Source of the DNA: Hydrolagus affinis
Taxonomy: Eukaryota
Reading direction: 5' to 3'
DNA length: 64,000 bases
NCBI GenBank assembly: GCA_012026655.1
Contig: JAAILG010000047.1
Span: forward strand, 62,001 to 126,000
The notes under the pieces are model-generated. The model saw nothing but the letters and a program-made list of their open reading frames with translations. It was not told the origin of the DNA and did no database searches. A program made the position numbers and the translations under genes. Shown piece by piece: positions 47,001-59,338 of the stretch (positions are counted from its first letter, which is position 1; every line of letters begins with the position of its first letter).

Positions 47001-48662
47001 GCCATGTTCACCTATATCAAATGCAAGGATTAGTATTGGCTTTCGTTTTCCAAATACTGTCTAAACTAGATGGGATCATTTTCCAAGGTGGTAGGAACAC
47101 ATGTCAGGCAACTATAAAAATAACAGAAATTGGGAAATTCTTTTTGAAATCTTAAGCATCTCCATTGATCCAGTCTTTAAATCAACAGCTAACTTCTGCC
47201 AACAATGGAGTCAGATGCCTACTCAAAGATCTTACTGATTATCTTGTTCTGGGTATCTTGCTGATTGAGCGTAAAGAGAAAAAAGTCTCTATGGAGCCAA
47301 ATATTCTTTGGATTCTATGTTTAGGCGGCAACATTTCTATAAAATACATCACTGAGTGATTAGCTTGAAATCAGCTTTAAATGACGAACAAAATCTGCTT
47401 AGCGTTGAATAAAAATTGTGAATTTTATAATGAGAGTACACTAGTTCAGTACCACTGTCTTTATGTGGTCAATTTTTGTATTTGTAGGAACATACTTATT
47501 ACGTGAGATATTTTCTACATAAACACAATTAAAAGTAAATAACAAACATGCACTCGACAATGTGATACACAAATCAGCTGATGAAATCATCTTTTTAATA
47601 ATGCTTCTTTAAACAATCAGTCTGATAATATTTTAAATAGAGGCATTTACTAGTTTACACTTCTATCTGTATAAAGATATGGAGCAGCCAAATATAAAAC
47701 ACCCGTTTTAATGCTCTGTTAATAATGTTAGATATCAATACTGATATGACAAAAACAGGTAATACCATAAAAGGCATTGCAAATAATAATCAGTCATTTT
47801 AGGATGACAACACTTCCTCACAGCTATGGTCATTGTGTATTTAATATATTTATATTTGCTACATATCCCAGGCAGTACATCTAACAGTATTTGGCCTTCT
47901 GGTATGTGGGTCACTTTAACTGGCATGACCACATTTTATCAAAAATATACTGGGTTAGAAAAATATACCATTTGTTTTGATTTGTGTTTAAATACAGTTA
48001 CAGGGAAGTGTTAATAATGAAGAAAGAAAAACAAATTTTACATCTCCCAAAATTGTGCAGATTGTTTTTAATGGTCTTCATAGCAGCCTTGGTGGTGTTC
48101 CATTACAAATGAAAGGTGACCAGTAAAATCTCTTAACTGGTATTTATTGCTGAGAGAAAGAAAAATACTCGGATCAAGTTGCAGAAAGATCTGCCAAGCA
48201 GCAACAGCCACCCTCAATGATGAGAATGACTTTGGATTGAACACTAAGAACTTCTTACAAGATGTCACTGGATTCAGTACCTGGAAAGCATCTGCTGTGC
48301 GGCAATGGCTAGTCTCCTTCAACAAGTCCTCATCAAAAGCCTGTTTTATAAGTGCATCAGTTAACATTCCTACCTGAACATAGACCACAGTCTACAGTAC
48401 ACACTTAAAATATGCCTTTAAGGCACCATATACCCCTAAGGGTCAATCCACTGGATTCTTCCAATAAGAAGAAATAAAAGTATACATATAAATGTCCTGG
48501 AATGCCTAAAATTATTCAGATGGCCCAAGTTAAACCATGATACTTTGGTATCCAGAAATGAGCAAACAGAACACTGCTGACAGAACTGTCCATCGCAGAA
48601 CTTGTTGCAATGTTGTTGCAATACTGTTCATCTATCCTCAAATGTGGACAGCAGAAGGAACT

Positions 48663-49162
48663 TCAGCAAGTGGCTTTCAGTTTGTTCTTGTTTAGCTCTC
48701 TTTCCAAATTTCCAATCAGCGTATCAATGCTTTCTTGAAGGTCTTGAAGGTTCACTGTGTGCTCAAGTCCTGGATTGATCTTCTGCATTCTCACATAGGC
48801 CTCATAGGTATGCTCTTTGGATTCAGGCTCGGTGTGCTGATCAGCCAAGTCATTTGTCCCGTCTGTTGCACCATTTTCTTCCTCACTTTCACTGCCTTCT
48901 GAAGGAACATCATCATAGTCTGCCTCCACACTGCTCTCCTTTGTTCCTAGGAGGAAGCTTCCATCACAACTGCTCCAGTCTCCAGCATAGCGATTGCTAG
49001 GACTATCAAGTCTGACCTGCCTAGGTCTCAGTACCCCGGTTACCTCTGCATTTGTCAAATTCAAATTTGTGGGTCGTTGCTTCCTTCTTCTCACACAATT
49101 CAATGACTGATGTTCAGGTAATGCACTGGTTTCCATTTGCTCTTTGGTACCTATTTTTTGCA
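48663..49162 (-). CDS. SYDE2: SYDE2 terminal exon (QKIGTKEQ...NKLKATC*)
   Basis: 500 nt, ttccag|, TGA at 48665-48663. Confidence 0.92.
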
Positions 49163-52100
49163 CTGGAAGACAAAATAGTTTGGAATTTGATTATTCCCCA
49201 AAACTATGAGATATCGATACTTGCCAGTCAAAGGGGATGGTTCAATAGTTAATTTTCCTCAATATTCTGCCACTTCAGTTAAATTACAGTCTCTTGCAAT
49301 GAAAATTGTACCTTTACTTTAATACTGATAGTGAGTGTTATGATTCACACTGTTTGAGTGTGCTGGTGAAAACAGAAGTAGATTTAAAAAAATATAAATC
49401 ACCCTAATTTTCTGAAGGAACACATTTTAAATTGTGTAGTTACTGGTGTAGTATGACATGCAGGCCTTTGTCACAGATTCTACGGTCTGATACTAAATAA
49501 TACCCAAATTGGTATTAGCAGAATCCACCCTAAAGTGCGTTTGTCAAACATTTCTATTGATGCACAAATAGGCAGAAACCTTATTCGTCAAAAGTTTGAG
49601 ATCCACAGTGACCAAAGGAACAACATTTAAACTGGACAAAAGAAAAATCTTCTAACTAAACCTTTCTTGCTGCTTCAGTTTCACAGGGATTCCAGTGAAT
49701 CACATTGATAATACTAATAATAATAATAATCCTTTCATTTGTTAATAGTGCTTTTCACATCTTCTAGATGTCTCAACAACAACAACAACAACAAATTACA
49801 TTTATAGAGCGCCTTTCACGTCGGGAGGACGTCCCAAGGCGCTCAAAGCAATTCACAGAATATACTGTAAAGTGAATCGACTGTAAATTTTGTCAATCTT
49901 TATGATTGACAAGCAGGTTGCTTGTAATGGATGTTAATCATAATTTTTTTAATTCAATGGTTTCAGCAGCTGATATTTTCTAATCAGATGAGCAGTGCAT
50001 GTTATATCTTATGGGTAGGTAACTTAAAACCCCCCAGAAAAATGCAACTCATTAGATTGTAATAGTTCGAAGAACACTGATGTAAGGCTCCAATATAATG
50101 AACAATAATAGCCCCTATTGGAATGAATATCCAAAAATCAATTTGTTAGTAAACAAGGGACAAATCTCAGATCATCAGTTCACCTAATAGGGAAAGGACA
50201 ACCATCTAATAAGCCTTCCACCATACAATTCTTTTGATTACTATTTTTAAAAGATACAACATTTTCTGCATATACCCTTCAAATCCCTCAGTTCTCACGT
50301 AGTACACGGTTAAAGAAAACGCAGGCACCTTGCCATTCTTTTGGTGCTGTGGCAGGAATAGGCAACAATTAAGTGATGAAGCAGCAACTAAATCTCTTTC
50401 CCTTCAGATTCAAAACCTAAGAGTGTTCTCTCACCTGGCCAAAGCTGAAGTAGATAATGCAACACTTCTATGTGTTTCTTGAAGTCCAGTGCACTAGCAA
50501 GTTCTTCAGAGTCTATAAAAACCCTGTTGCTGTGATTGGAGGCTTCCTGTCTCTGGCTCAGTAACACGGGCCCAAAACATACTGCCAAGTTCTGGCAGGT
50601 CATCTTATTCACCTCATGGTATGAAGCCACACGTTTCAGGTGATCCAACAGCATCTTAAGTGTTGCCTGAGGTGGAAAATAGAACAGAAAACAAAATTTG
50701 CTGTACAAATGAAAAAAAAATTGCTGAATTGACTGTACAATACAAGTTAAAATATGACAGTAACACAAGTAACTTCTTACATAAGACTGGAATACAAAAA
50801 TCCAATCTGTAGCATTAAATATAAAATCAATTCACTTTACAAAATATTCTTTGAAACGTTTTGACATGTGAGATACAGTATTATTATTATGCCAAGAAGA
50901 CGTGAAAAGTGCTATATCAAATGCAAGTATTATTATTATTAAAACAATTGTGGGTGTAAACATGCCTATGAATAAACAATTGTCATGAGAAAATAGTATG
51001 GAGACAATATAACAAGTAAGTCAAGAATGTATTATTTAGCTCTTGAAAAAAGTGTACAAGTTTTTAAACCTGTTAACTGCAAAAATACCGAATGAAACGT
51101 AAATTGAAATACTGTATCAATGTACAGTAAAAGCCTGTTTATCCGGCACCCTTGGGACCTGGTCAGTGCCGGTTAAAGCGCCTGGATATTTGGCCGAAAA
51201 CCCAACACAAAACAAAAGTATTACAAAAAAAAATTAATTACATTTTTAATAATATAGCATATTAATAATAGAATAAATAATCATTTATATAATATAATAT
51301 ATAAATAATAATAATAATAATCCTTTACACACAGCGACCAGGCAGTTCAGAGAGATCTTTAAACTAGTGCAAAAGTTACACGTCTGAATGACACTGTTCT
51401 CATTGGGGGCAGAAGGAAAGCAAATGTGTTATTGAGAAAGCAGCTGCCGCTGTCACTGTTCAGTTAACTTTCCTTCCAAAAAGGTATGCGATGCCTGTAT
51501 GTGTGTGTGTGTGCACTAACTTGCACTCTGTAAAAAAAAACAGATCGGGCATTGCAGTGCTTTTTTTATTAAAAAGCTGTGATATGCATTGATCGGCAAG
51601 CTTTGCTCAGGGTGTGTTTGTGTGTGTTTTGCTGTTTTGTGGCTAAATTAAATCTAAATTAATCAACTCACCTTTGCTCTCTCTCAAAGAGTACACTCCG
51701 GAGAGTGTATTGCTGTACAGTACCGGTAGCATTCAGAGGTAGTACCACCATCAGGCACCTAATAGCAGCATTCCAAAATACTGACGCAACACAATATACC
51801 AAAAAAAAACATTTTTCCGGATAAATTCCGGTTTATCGAATGTGAATCCTTTTTTTGCTGTCCCGGTTATACGGAAGTTACGGTTGATCGGGTCACGGAT
51901 AAACGGGCTTTTATTGTATTACATAGTACTGTACTGAGCAGAATGTTCAGAAATCAAAACAAAAAGGATTTGGGGATGTCTAAATTCCCTGTTCATTGGC
52001 ACTATGGAGAATTACTTGAACATTACATTAGTACTTGTATAAAATAAATATATTTGCACTAAAGAAATCATCTGAGTGTATATATATATATACCCTGCAA

Positions 52101-54621
52101 AATATTTATTTTATAGGGTTCTCAGATATACAACTTGCAACCATAATAATAATAATCCCTACATTTGATATAGTTTTTGCATCTTCTGTACTATAAAGTG
52201 AATTGGTTGTATATTTGTGGGTGAAACGTACACCGCAGTGTCTCACAAACAGTCGTAAAAAATGACCAATTTTTTTTTAGGGATTATTATTAGGGGTGTG
52301 GAGTAAGGAAACCTACATGTTGCCTACATTCCTGTCTAGAATCAAACCCAGGTCCCTCGCTTGCAAGGCGAGTGCTCTAACCACTGAACTATAGGATTCA
52401 TCCACCTGTAATTTCCTTACAAATAGGAAATACAACACCCTCCGATGTCCAAAGCCAGTATAAGAAAAATACTTTCTCAAATGTGCCAGTTTTAGGCACT
52501 TATATTTTGAAGGCTTGTATAAACAAAATGTTGATTAAAAGTTTGTCAGATTAACTTGTGTATTCCACAAAAATGGCAGAATCTCTAGACTCTAAAGGTT
52601 TGGAAGCAACTTCATTGTCTACATACTAGCAGCTCTTAGTCCCAGAGAGTCATCCCACTTAATTACTGATTATTGCTGGTATCCCAAGAATGCAAAGGAA
52701 CAAAACAAGCGATAAGAATGTTTGAGCTGCACCAGTGAAAACACATCAATAACGTGACCTGGTGGGGCTAAAAGGTCTGCAAAATACACTCCACATCCCG
52801 GATTCAATCTTACTACAGCCCCAACGACAAAATGGTTCAGACTTCCAAGTCGTCTTTTCATATAGTGAGGAGAGTGACTCAAACTGACTAACATGATTAA
52901 AACAAGTCAGTTATGTGAAATGGAGAACAATGCCATGACATCTTTAAGGAACCTGAGCTTTTGATAAGGATTCAAATCTCAATGCTGGTGATGTATTGTA
53001 AGCATTAGCCAAGAACAGAAAAGATGCAAATTCCTATTCAATATATCACAAGCAACTCTGGCAGACTTGGTATACAAGTCCAAAGATCCATCATGGTGAG
53101 CCTCCAGGAAATTATTTTTCTGCTGGAAAAAAAAATTGAGCATCTTTTGAAACACTTTAAAAACATAGGGGTCAATGTTCCGGAAATTATTCAGGACTGG
53201 AATGTTGTGTTTCTAACACAACAAAATTACATTTATAGTGCACCTTTCACATCAGGAAGACGTCCCAAGGCGCTGGGCTCATTTTGATCAAAAGCTGTCT
53301 GGTATTTTCATTTGTGTGGTTTGCAGAGAATATTGGATTTTCTTTTAAATGTGTTACTAATAAACACTCATAATTTGGTTCCTGCTTTCCTGTGGGGATC
53401 TGAATTCTCTAAGGACAGTGGGGAAGTGTAGGAGAGGGAACTGAACTCTCCGTCAAGTGTCCACTCTGTTCCACAGTGTGCTGTTGAGAATCAATGGGTG
53501 AGTCAACTCTAAAAGGAAATATTGCAAGTTGAACCTCTCCAGTATTTAGGATTTTATACCATAGTTATTTATAGTTTTAATTTTCATTGATACATGCTGC
53601 TGTGTTATCATGGAGCTAATCAGAGATTTTCACGTTTTGAACTCTAATACTTTTTTGAAAAAGGTTCAAGTGAATTAATAAGTTTGATTTTAATTGAACA
53701 GATCAAAAGTAATGAAGTACAGTGTGGGGGCTGGGAGGGGAAAGTAAACAAAGGGAGGAGGTTTACAATAAAGAATATCTTTGGAAATATGCCCACATGA
53801 ACTGCCTTATCAAAAGAGTATATTTACCTTACATACATGATAAGAAAGTCCATCTGGCTTGAATTGCATTTAAAGATATGGTGCTCATATATTTCATTAC
53901 ACACTGACCAGATTCATTACCAAATCAGTTACTGGCATTTCAACAATTGATATTAATTTTACCAGTGTTTAGGTGAAAGGGTTAAACATTTACTAATTTA
54001 TTTTGAGTTACCTTATAATTTCCAGTGCATTTATCAACAGTAGCGGTAGCACTGAAAATAAAATGTTATTAAACTAAACAGGTTTACTCCAGGAATGTTT
54101 TGATATTATACTACTTTGATCTTTTGACTTTCATCAGTTTGTGATTCTGGATGTCAGCCACATGCCTTGAACATAATGAAGGTAGTGAAATCCAGTACAA
54201 GGGCCTAATCTCTGAAACCTCTTCCCAAATTCATAACTAACTTGAATATTTCACATAAGGTTTGTTTTAAAAAAAATCTTTCCTTTAAAAAGATCTTCAT
54301 TCTCTATGTGAAGTTTAAAATGATACATTTTTAGAGACTTTAGAAACAAATGGCACTAAATGGGAAAAAGACTGTAATTAGCACAATCCTCAAGAGTGCT
54401 CAAACTCCTTTCCACGAAACTCAGATTCAGATTCTTTACCTTTTCCACTTCAGGCAGGCAGTCAAGGAGAGCAACTGTGTATTCAGAGTCAGCAAGGTCA
54501 TTTTCACATCCAGAAGAGGTCATCTTGAGGGGTTGCTTAGCCATTGCTTCCAATACAGTTTCGTATAGCTGCTTTGTTATCAGAGGAGAAGGCAATTCCC
54601 TCAAGTAATCCTTGAGTACAC
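48663..54621 (-). CDS. SYDE2: Rho GTPase-activating protein SYDE2, 3' part (end of the RhoGAP domain and C-terminus); upstream exons lie beyond the window
   Basis: RhoGAP motifs [13 protein letters not shown] and [17 protein letters not shown]; SYDE-type tail [10 protein letters not shown] and [18 protein letters not shown]; synteny with DNAI3. Confidence 0.92.
49713..49890 (-). mobile_element. SINE 3' fragment interrupted by a nested L2-tail insertion (49777-49841)
   Basis: SINE consensus resumes after the insert; ctcaa is duplicated on both sides. Confidence 0.85.
50435..50666 (-). CDS. SYDE2: SYDE2 exon ([10 protein letters not shown]...LLQLWP)
   Basis: 232 nt, cctcag|...|gtgaga. Confidence 0.94.
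51125..51916. mobile_element. 792-bp non-autonomous Tigger-like transposon, longer relative of 43817-44028
   Basis: Same termini and subterminal sequence; TA on both flanks; no transposase ORF. Confidence 0.88.
52143..52400 (-). mobile_element. Full-length SINE with internal deletions
   Basis: Head, body and tail are recognisable. Confidence 0.85.
54440..54621 (-). CDS. SYDE2: SYDE2 exon ([13 protein letters not shown]...CLPEVEK)
   Basis: 182 nt, atacag|...|gtaaag. Confidence 0.93.
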
Positions 54622-56005
54622 CTGTATGTGTTTTTAAAAAAAGAAAATTTACTCTATCAATCTCCGAGATGTGTTTTTTTTAAAACTTTTCAGAATGACC
54701 AGATTCCAGAATTCCTTCGCTACTTTTTTTTTAGTAGAGAGAAATGTTTGGCTTGAAAGCATTCTATAAATTCTATATCACTTTTTTTTAAATGGCTACA
54801 GTATCCACAACAACTTTTACAGGCTCAGACATGCTTTTGTTTTCACTGTATTAGAACCAACCAATTCAGGTAGAACTAATTCTGGAATTTAATCTCTTTA
54901 TTGAGCAGCTACCAATGTGCCAACAAGCCAGTTACAGTATAGGTTAGAAATTATATGAACCAGAATTTTTAGCAATCATGGAGGCTGAACTCCTTGATGT
55001 CACTCATCGGTGGAGCTTTTTTTTAAAAAACAACCTCAAGGCTTTTCAATGAATCGCTGCTGGAGTTTGAGGTAATGCAATAATATTTATATAAGTCAAA
55101 GCCATACAGCAGAAATTTAGAACTATTAGCAGTAGTAAATTTAATCTCAGACTCAATAAAGGCCAATGGATGGCCACATAACGACTGATGCTTGTGAGAT
55201 TCCCCACAGCCTCTTGGCACGATTAATTAACAACTGTGAGTTGGAGGGAACTCTGCTCTATAAACATACACTACTGACTAGAAATGGTTGAATGAAATTA
55301 AAGGGGCAATAATTAAAACATTTCATAAACAGACCCACCAACATACCAAAAATCGTTTGGATTCTCTCACCCCCACTATATGTCAATGGCATCCCTCTTA
55401 CAATTATTTTTATACAATAGCTCATAAATTATCAGAATACTATATTTAGGATTTGCAATGGATTTTACAGAGTTGAAGCGTCATTTTAAAAGCCTAATTG
55501 GGTGTTACTTAGATTTAAATGAATAAAATTGAGGGGCTGTTTAAAAAAATACTTAGGTAACTCATTTCTATTTTTTTTATAGATTTACTTTATAGCACAT
55601 GAAAGATTTTCTCAGATTTCCTGCAGCCCAATGTTCGTGTTATCTGAACACAGCAAAATAATTGGCAAATCTGTTATTCCCATAACAAATCCCGCTAAAT
55701 TATCCCCAAATACCAGATCCACTATCCTTTAGCCTAATAAACCAACAATTTAAAACGAGAAGGAATTTTCTCCCCGGGGCCTGGCTAACAATCTCTCCAA
55801 ATAAAACTGGGTCATTCACTTCTTGGCTGTTTGTGGAACATTGTTGTGTGGAACTTGGCTGGTGTATTTGCCTATAAATACACAGCCACTGAACTCCATA
55901 GTAAAATCCTGTGCAGGGCTTTGAAATGCCTCGGCAACGTGATGTGGTGCTCTATCAAATGCATGATTACCATCAAATGGAACTATGCTGGAGTTGTTCT
56001 CTAGT

Positions 56006-56315
56006 ATAATAATAATAATCCTTGCATTTGATATAGCGCTTTTCATGTCTTCTAGACGTCACAAAGCACTTCACAGAATATACTGTAAGTGAATTGACTG
56101 GTATATATGCGGGCGAAACGCAGCAGCCAATTGTGCATAGCAGTGTCCCACAAACAGTCATGGATTGAAATTACAGATTTATTATTGGTTTTTGGGGGTT
56201 ATTATTGGGTGTGTAGAGAAAAGAAACTTGCCCAAGTTTTCATCCTGCCTGGAATTGAACCCAGGTCTCTCCCTTGCAAGGTGAGTGCTCTAACCGTTGA
56301 GCTATAGGACTCCAC
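56006..56315 (-). mobile_element. Full-length SINE
   Basis: A and B boxes, body, (TAA)n tail. Confidence 0.9.
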
Positions 56316-56672
56316 TTTTTTTTTGTGAGTAAAGGAAAATTTACAGGTAATGGACAAAATGTACAAAGAAAGGGTTATACCCCTGGGACTGCTTTGCACT
56401 ATGAACAGTTCATGCAATTTGAATGGATAAACACCCAACATTTCTTTATTAAGTATCAACGGGTGAATGTTGCAATGTCTCCATACCTATCCCTGGTCAA
56501 GGTCTAACATTTGATGTGTTACAAAACAATTACCGGAAGCCTGATACTTTTAAAAAGTAGAAAAAGAAATAAAGCAATGACTACAATAAAATCTGAGTAA
56601 TCTTTGCATCATGCTGTTATGACTTGGGGGTGGAAGAGGAAGTAAGCAAAATGTTGCAAGTTCTGTGACCTT

Positions 56673-56990
56673 GTGGAGTCTTGTAGCTCACTGGATAGAG
56701 CACTTGCCTTGCAAATGAGAGACCTGGATTTGACTCTCTGCATGTTGAAACCTTGGGCAAGTTTCCTTATTCCAACATGCCTGATAATAATCCCTCAAGA
56801 AAAACAAAACAATAATAGTTTGGTCACTTCAATCCACGATTGTTTGTGGGACACTGCTGTGCACAACTGGCTGCAGCGTTTCGTCCACAAACAATACAGT
56901 CAATTCATTTTACAGTATATTTGTGGAAGCGCTTTGAGATGTCTGGAAGACGTGAAAAGCGCTATATCAAATGCAAGGATTAGTATTATT
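56673..56990 (+). mobile_element. Full-length SINE
   Basis: Head (degraded B box), body, tail. Confidence 0.9.
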
Positions 56991-59048
56991 ATCTCAATCG
57001 AACTCAGTTGTAATGTAGTACCAATGTCACAATGCAATAGCCTGCTGATACACTGCCAATGCTCACACAAAGAAAGATTATGTACATAATCTAGTGAATA
57101 CCTACAAAACCAACCCTCCCATCTGTATTACATGAGCCATCTACTTGATGAAAAGAAGAATTCCTTTTCCATCACTGCTAAAAATGTAAAAAATATAGTA
57201 GTGTATTAAAAAATGCAGACTTCATGCTCTACAAACAACAAATTTTATTTGAGATGTTCAGCCCTCCCACTACATTAATTCCAACAATCTCCCAAATACC
57301 ACTCGAGACTGGCTCGCATGGAGCAGCAGCTCACGGGATGGCATAAACAATCATTGTGTTGTTTGCAGCAATTTGATGCCCATAATATTATTCAAAAGTA
57401 TGAACAATTCTTCAAAGTTGATTAATAGAACCTATGTGATAAGACAATTTAAAATACACAGTTCTTTTGTGGTCTCTGGCTACATACCAAACATTAAATG
57501 GTCAAGAGCATTTAAAAAAATAAAATACTCTCCTGTTAAACTTAAGAAAGTAACTATTTTTTCAGTATTGTTCCATAGCATCCCTCCTGCGCCTCTGCCA
57601 AGTGTGTACTTTTACCCATCAACATTGATTTCAAACAACGCAGGCAGAGCCATGAATATGTAACGTGCTGTTGGAAGGCTTTATTAAACTTGTGATGTCT
57701 ATATGTTTCTGAATGACCAATTTCCTAGCATGAAGGGAGACAAAGGAATTTTATTTTTGAAATAAATGTTTTCATAAATAACTCCATATATTTATATACT
57801 TTTTTTTTTAAAAAAGGATAATCTTCCATTTGTCACACAGTTTCGCGTGAAGGGTCTGGAAGAACAAAAAATACTGTTTAAAGCTCAAATTACTATTTCT
57901 TTCAAAATTGTTCCATAGCTCCTGTGCCGCTGCCAAGTGGCATTTTTACAGATCAACACTGATTCCAAAAAACACTTGTTAGTTTCACCTAGAGCTGTGA
58001 ACGCATAGAGAGTTGTTGGAAGTTGCTGAGAATGGGATTCATCAGCAAAGACACAAACATGACTTAAAGAAAAAGAACCTCTCACTTATAGAAGCATTAC
58101 TGGTCTTACCAAGGCTCACAGAAGAGGAAGAATTTAAGATAAACCATATGTGAGTACTCTGTAAAGAATGCGGGAAACTAAGTGGTACAAAATGAAGTTC
58201 TTAGGTTCTAAGGACCCTAGTGGTTTACCCTCCCTATAGAATGCCAGATTTACTCAGGGGATAACAAGTGGAGAAGAATGTTAGCAATGAGGGCTTGACT
58301 GCATTAAATGTTTAAAAAGAAACTATAAAATGAGAGTTAAAAAAAATCAGAAATTGGTTGGCAGATTAAATCCAGATGACAGACAACAAGTTGAAGAGGT
58401 TTAGGCTTCCAGTAACACACTATGCATTCACAGCTTTGCCAGAAGCTGCAGCAAATGTCGATTGGAGCAGATTTAACTTGGTAAACAGCCACATAGACCA
58501 GTATAAACCTACAAGTCCCCTTTCCTCAGAATTCCTGGCTATTCATGTAACCCATTATTCTTGTGTTATGATCCATAGCTTTAGATTATAATTTTTCACC
58601 TGTGATTATTACAACCATCAACACCAGTGACCCATATGCATGTGGGGGAGAAAAAGAATGAGAAAAACACAACAGATTGGCCTTGTGAATCCCAGCTTTT
58701 CCTCAATGAATCATTAACCCGATGACATGAAGTTTTGCTCTACATAACAGCAATAAAGCACACCTGAATTTAACTGCTTTTACAACACTCCCATGAACAA
58801 AAAAAAGATTCATTACCATGCAATCAACTCTTGATCAATATATGATTAAAAGTAGTAAAGTGAACTTCTGAGGTAACACAGTACCTATGATAGGAATTTC
58901 CACCTTTCCAGATAACCTGAAAGACAACATTTCAAACCCTCTCAGAAGTTTGGTTTGGAAAGGTTCCCGATTGTTTGGGCTGGGGCACTAACTAAGCAAC
59001 AGGGTCTGTGTCCACGGTTCTACACGTACCAAATTCACAATCTTGGTG

Positions 59049-59338
59049 CTGTAAAATCTTGATAATCCGGCACAGTTGGGCCCATGCACTTCCCGGATTT
59101 CAGAGTCTGATGAGTTGGTATTTAGAAACCTACCTAGAAATGGCTTGGGAAGCACCACCCCAAACACAACACTGAAACGAAACAATGCCCAAGCTCCACG
59201 CACAGCGGCAAACGACAGAGCGGCAACGCTGTGAACTACAAACATTGGAAATAAATCCAATACTACATGTATTTTGAAATATTGCCGGTTTTAGGGAGTT
59301 TTAATCTTTCAGAATGTTGGATTATTGAGGTTTTACTG
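59049..59338. mobile_element. About 290-bp diverged Tigger-like MITE, different subfamily
   Basis: Imperfect TIRs ctgtaaaatcttgataatccggca / tgttggattattgaggttttactg followed by TA. Confidence 0.7.

Noticed and set aside
58600-58650. Minus-strand ...ATC ACA G|gtgaaa as the missing upstream SYDE2 exon ending in IT-G
   Set aside because: The upstream translation (SLVLMVVIIT) does not match the expected RhoGAP segment (GLYRLCG...YPDINVIT); that exon lies beyond the window.
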